DNA of 64,000 nt, from NCBI GenBank assembly GCA_963665815.1, contig OY762463.1, forward strand, positions 2,752,001 through 2,816,000, written 5' to 3'. The DNA comes from Candidatus Cloacimonadales bacterium. GTDB lineage: Bacteria; Cloacimonadota; Cloacimonadia; Cloacimonadales; JAIOQZ01. The notes under the pieces are model-generated. The model searched no databases and was not told the DNA's origin. It saw only the letters and a program-made list of their open reading frames with translations. Positions 60,147-64,000 of this stretch are shown here, one piece after another (the first letter of the stretch is position 1; every line of letters starts with the position of its first letter). The translations under genes and the position numbers were made by a program.

Positions 60147-61601
60147 CTATCTGCGCACTTTGGATAATAGTTTCTTTAATTCCTCAATATCGCTCTTTTT
60201 GACATAGTTTAACTTTAATAACAAAAGTATATAAACTATCAATATAGCAATATTCACCAAGATTCTGAACATCATTGATGTGTGCAGTAAATAGGGTATA
60301 GCACATAGAATTGACGAAAAACCTAACAAAAGCCATAACTTCTTAGTTTTATATGGGATTGCATACTGCTTTTGAGCATTAATGTAAATAATCAAAAACA
60401 GAATAATCTGAGAAATAAGAGTTGCAATTGCAGCCCCTATATTACTGAAGAATGGAATTAATGCGAAGTTCAGCCCAATATTTATGATAGAACTCACAAC
60501 AATTGCTGTTGCACTGATTGCCGGTTTTTTTACTATAAGTATCCCTGTTGTTGAAACCTTGGTCATAAAATCAAATACAATTGCCAGAAATAGAATAGGC
60601 AGAATGCTGTAAGCTGAATGATACTCTGGATTTCTGGATATAACCATTGTAATTTCTTTGCTGAACAACGCAAGCGGTAATACTATAGAAAGCACAAATA
60701 CTGTTCCATATGAAAAAATCTTTGAATAGAACTCCTTATTGTTTTTATCATTCATCATTTTCATTATCATGGGATTAATACCAAGCCAGATTGACATTAC
60801 AACAAGCGTTTTCAGGGCATTTCCGATTTTTGATCCAAAAGTATAAATACCAACATTATCAAGTTCTCCAAGATGTTTCAGAACAAATCTGTCCGCTGTT
60901 GTTAGCAATTGAAGTGATATTGCAGATAATACAAAAGGAGACTGAAATACTATCATTTCCCATAATGCTTTATATTCAATCTTGAATTCTATATTCCTCA
61001 ACATTATTACGCTGGTAACTACAAGATATATGAAGCATGCCAGAATTTGTGCATCATAAATACCTTCCAGTCCCCTTTTGGCAAATGCCAGGAAATAGAC
61101 TGTCAATACAACCTGAAATATAGCTTTAATTGTATTAGTTATTATAAACTGCTTAGGCTTTTCCAGGATTCTCAGCAACATCATTGGAAGTTTTCCAAGA
61201 ATGAATAACGCAATTACTATAAGAAGTTTCTTTATAAGAATTGAATATGCATCTGTATTAAAATACTTAACGGAAATAAAAGTTGTAGTATTCCAGAATA
61301 TAACTATAGTGAGAATACTGCATACAAACAAAAAAACAAGACAGGTGAATACTAAAGCTTTCTTTTTATCTTTAAATTTTTCATCCCAGTACCAACGTAA
61401 CAGAGCGTATTCAATCCCAAAACTGAAAACTGCCACGCTTATATTGAAAGCACTCTCAAACAGACCAAATATACCAAACTCTTCAGGGACAAGATGGTCT
61501 GAGTAAATGATCATCAATATGAATCCAACAGCCTTGGATATCACATTACCGAGACCATACACTACTGAATTTTTTGCTAGAGATTTAAATTGTTTTCTCA
61601 T
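60147..61601 (-). CDS. Wzx-type oligosaccharide flippase
   Basis: KNSVVYGLGN, PEEFG, DRFVL...VGIY, LNFALIP...GAAIAT. Confidence 0.88.
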   Translation of the reverse strand: MRKQFKSLAKNSVVYGLGNVISKAVGFILMIIYSDHLVPEEFGIFGLFESAFNISVAVFSFGIEYALLRWYWDEKFKDKKKALVFTCLVFLFVCSILTIVIFWNTTTFISVKYFNTDAYSILIKKLLIVIALFILGKLPMMLLRILEKPKQFIITNTIKAIFQVVLTVYFLAFAKRGLEGIYDAQILACFIYLVVTSVIMLRNIEFKIEYKALWEMIVFQSPFVLSAISLQLLTTADRFVLKHLGELDNVGIYTFGSKIGNALKTLVVMSIWLGINPMIMKMMNDKNNKEFYSKIFSYGTVFVLSIVLPLALFSKEITMVISRNPEYHSAYSILPILFLAIVFDFMTKVSTTGILIVKKPAISATAIVVSSIINIGLNFALIPFFSNIGAAIATLISQIILFLIIYINAQKQYAIPYKTKKLWLLLGFSSILCAIPYLLHTSMMFRILVNIAILIVYILLLLKLNYVKKSDIEELKKLLSKVRR

Positions 61602-61607
61602 ATATGT

Positions 61608-63041
61608 TTAAAATGTATTTGCACCAAGTTTTTCGTAAAGAAGATACATTACTCTTTTGAAACATCTTGTATCCTCATATTTCGTATAGTCTGCCGTATA
61701 ATTATGATCTTGATTCATCCATAAATTACTGAAGTAATCTTCAACTTCAATAAACGTTTCCTGATTTCGCTTACCTTTAACAATCAGATTTGTTTCCAGG
61801 TTGTAATTTCCAATATTCCTTTTAGTATAATTTGCTGATCCGGCAATAGTTGTTGCGTTTCCCTGCTCATCATAGGAATACAGAATTTTTGTGTGAAATT
61901 GTTCACCATGTGTATCGTACCATTTTATTTCAATTTGGTTGTCAGACATAATTTTCAGTTCGTTAGCTACTTGTCTGTTTGGTACACCGGATTTTTGTCT
62001 GCCGAAAGCATCTTTACTAGGATCAAGGATCATCTTTATTTTTACTCCGCGTTTTGAGGCTTTGATGAGTTCCTTAACAACTTTTCTATCTGAAATATAG
62101 AACATGGCAATGTTCAGATTATCATTTTTTTTCAGAGATTTTATGGTTTTAATTATAGCTTTTCTAATTTCAATTTCAGTAATCAGATTAATCTCATAGT
62201 CAGTATCTTCAGTAACATCCTTATAATATTTATCCGGGACTTTCTGAAGACTACCTGATGAGAATCCGGCAACTGTCTGCTCACTCTGATAAATTGCTTT
62301 CCATATGCCTCCACGAACTTCAAGAGCAATATTGGAATGTGCTGAACTGCCATCATGTGGATTAGCCGAAGTTATAATGGAAGTCATTTCTCCGAAATTA
62401 TCTGCAATAAACACTTTTCTATGGTTTGCTTTAAAATTTAATAGATTAAAATATGTTCTGAAAGTCACTTTCGGTTCTTTTGAAGAAAATGGATGAGGTA
62501 GAAAACCTGAATTCTTTTTATTGCCGAACCATTGAATAAATGTACGCCAGATTGGAGAGTACAGGTAATTACTATCACGTAATTTGGACAGATCTGTAAC
62601 AATCAGGTTAATGCCTGATTTTTTTAAACTGTCACCAAGATGAAATGTGCCACCCTGATACGCACAATTTATCGGATCAGTTAATACATCAATTTTAATA
62701 TCCGGGATCTGCGTTTTCTTTTCTACAAGTTTGCCGGTGAGTTCTGAAGCTATGTTTCTGTATGCAGATTCTTCTCCACCGAGATAATCATTATAGAGAA
62801 ACATATCTATAAGGATGTATTCCTGTGCCTGATCTATTCTTACCAGTAATGTATCGAATATTTCCTGCTCCGATATTCTTTTATCATCAATTTTGTAAGT
62901 AAGATCATACATGAATTCAATACCATTTTCATCAACGGTGAATGTTTTACTGATAATTCCGGTTCCTTCAGGCATTTTCTGCATGAATGTACAACTAGCC
63001 AGTAAGATAATGATTGTTAAACTGAGGGCAATTCTGTTCAT
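61608..63041 (-). CDS. Phospholipase D family lipoprotein
   Basis: Lipobox LASC; NHRKVFIAD..SAN and FHTK...GSANYT...N.E. Confidence 0.88.
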   Translation of the reverse strand: MNRIALSLTIIILLASCTFMQKMPEGTGIISKTFTVDENGIEFMYDLTYKIDDKRISEQEIFDTLLVRIDQAQEYILIDMFLYNDYLGGEESAYRNIASELTGKLVEKKTQIPDIKIDVLTDPINCAYQGGTFHLGDSLKKSGINLIVTDLSKLRDSNYLYSPIWRTFIQWFGNKKNSGFLPHPFSSKEPKVTFRTYFNLLNFKANHRKVFIADNFGEMTSIITSANPHDGSSAHSNIALEVRGGIWKAIYQSEQTVAGFSSGSLQKVPDKYYKDVTEDTDYEINLITEIEIRKAIIKTIKSLKKNDNLNIAMFYISDRKVVKELIKASKRGVKIKMILDPSKDAFGRQKSGVPNRQVANELKIMSDNQIEIKWYDTHGEQFHTKILYSYDEQGNATTIAGSANYTKRNIGNYNLETNLIVKGKRNQETFIEVEDYFSNLWMNQDHNYTADYTKYEDTRCFKRVMYLLYEKLGANTF

Positions 63042-63051
63042 ATTATACCTT

Positions 63052-63390
63052 TTATTTGATTATTTTGTTTTTCAAAGAGGTTTCATCATACCCCAGAACA
63101 AAATATTTACCATTTCTGATGATTGGAGTTTTCAATAACATCGGATCGTCAAGAAGTTCCTGTTCAATATTATGAACGATGTACTTGAGATTTCGTTTCT
63201 CATATTGTTTCCCGGTTTTATCAATAAGGTTCTCAAGTCCAAGAGCTGAGGATGCCTTCTTCAGTTCTCCCTTACTCATACCTTTTATATTAAGATCTAT
63301 GAAGTGAAAAGGAATCCTTCTCTCTTTCAGGAATCGTATAGCTTTAGCTGTGCTCTTACATTTCTTTGTTCCATATATTTGAATACTCAT
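63052..63390 (-). CDS. ArsC/Spx/MgsR family protein
   Basis: IYGTKKC...KA..FLKE...PMLLKTPII...VLGYDE. Confidence 0.88.
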   Translation of the reverse strand: MSIQIYGTKKCKSTAKAIRFLKERRIPFHFIDLNIKGMSKGELKKASSALGLENLIDKTGKQYEKRNLKYIVHNIEQELLDDPMLLKTPIIRNGKYFVLGYDETSLKNKIIK

Positions 63391-63450
63391 AATTTCACCA
63401 TAACTAAAAATGGTGATTTAATAAAATTGTGCAACTATTAAATGATTATT

Positions 63451-63521
63451 TTAGAGAAGCATTTTTTTTGTAAGAATTTGATGAATTCTAAAATCGTGTC
63501 AACTGCCCCAATTAAGCAAAG
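63451..63521 (-). repeat. Dispersed intergenic repeat (inverted copy of 36784-36853)
   Basis: Reverse complement reads CTTTGCTTAATTGGGGCAGTTGACACGATTTTAGAATTCATCAAATTCT...TTCTCTAA. Confidence 0.85.
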
Positions 63522-63535
63522 GTCTCGCGAGAAAT

Positions 63536-63567
63536 AAAAAAAACACCTGCCGGAGAAGCAGGTGTTA
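63536..63567 (-). terminator. Rho-independent terminator
   Basis: AACACCTGC-CGGAGAA-GCAGGTGTT with an A-run on the left. Confidence 0.8.
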
Positions 63568-63617
63568 AGTTTGGAGAAATTTATTACTTTTGAAAAGAAC
63601 TCATCACATAATATAAT

Positions 63618-64000
63618 CTATTTTAGATGTTTAGCTAAATATTCTTCTGAAATTTTCTTGATATCTATTTTTTCCAAGCCTTGATTAAGGATCTCACGCA
63701 TTTTTTTACCTTCTTCAGTTTTCTTAAAACAGACATAAAATCTTTTCAGCTCAAGAATTTTCTTGTTAAACTGCAACTCTGCCTTTCTCGCTTTTATTTG
63801 CTTGTCCTGCATAATTAGAAAATTCATAACATTTTCATCAATAACAGCAATTGGTATTCTCTTATTCAATACTTTCCTGATGTTAGTCAAATCATCATTG
63901 GCAGCATCAGCTTTAATTTCATTTTTGGAAACCATTTCATCGAATCTTTTTTCATTAACATAACCACTTACAGTCCCTACTCTATATTGCTTCAAATCAT
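63618..64000 (-). CDS. 5'-partial family-3 periplasmic substrate-binding protein
   Basis: DLKQYRVGTVSGY...NIRKVLNKRI.IAVID...FYVCF...LNQGL; frame runs off the window end. Confidence 0.7.
   Translation of the reverse strand, partial: DLKQYRVGTVSGYVNEKRFDEMVSKNEIKADAANDDLTNIRKVLNKRIPIAVIDENVMNFLIMQDKQIKARKAELQFNKKILELKRFYVCFKKTEEGKKMREILNQGLEKIDIKKISEEYLAKHLK

Overview
Low-GC bacterial chromosomal window, most likely from an anaerobic FCB-group organism such as Cloacimonadota. This is inferred from four secreted proteins ending in a YPNPFNP/FlgD-Ig-like C-terminal domain, a tungsten-type aldehyde:ferredoxin oxidoreductase and peptide-fermentation genes. It holds about 45 CDS: housekeeping and metabolic genes (gpsA, ndk, fba, gap, AOR plus ferredoxin, a proline/sarcosine dehydrogenase-like pair, MalY/PatB, prolyl oligopeptidase), a surface-glycan locus (3 glycosyltransferases, wzx/wzz/wzy-like), a type IV pilin-like cluster with two large PilX-like paralogs, tandem beta-barrel and beta-propeller paralogs, two sigma-54 activators with several GG-N10-GC promoters, and a 5'-truncated IS1182 transposase. 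I saw no rRNA, tRNA or CRISPR array. The most notable unexplained items are: (i) a self-contained module of a TPR-fused sigma-54 activator, enhancer palindrome, sigma-54 promoter, pseudo-receiver and secreted LamG protein; (ii) an orphan structured-RNA candidate at about 21.9-22.1 kb; (iii) a 50-70 bp dispersed intergenic repeat in three copies; (iv) duplicated giant PilX-like proteins apparently under different promoters; and (v) repeated local duplications of gene ends. All calls are by eye, with no database searches.
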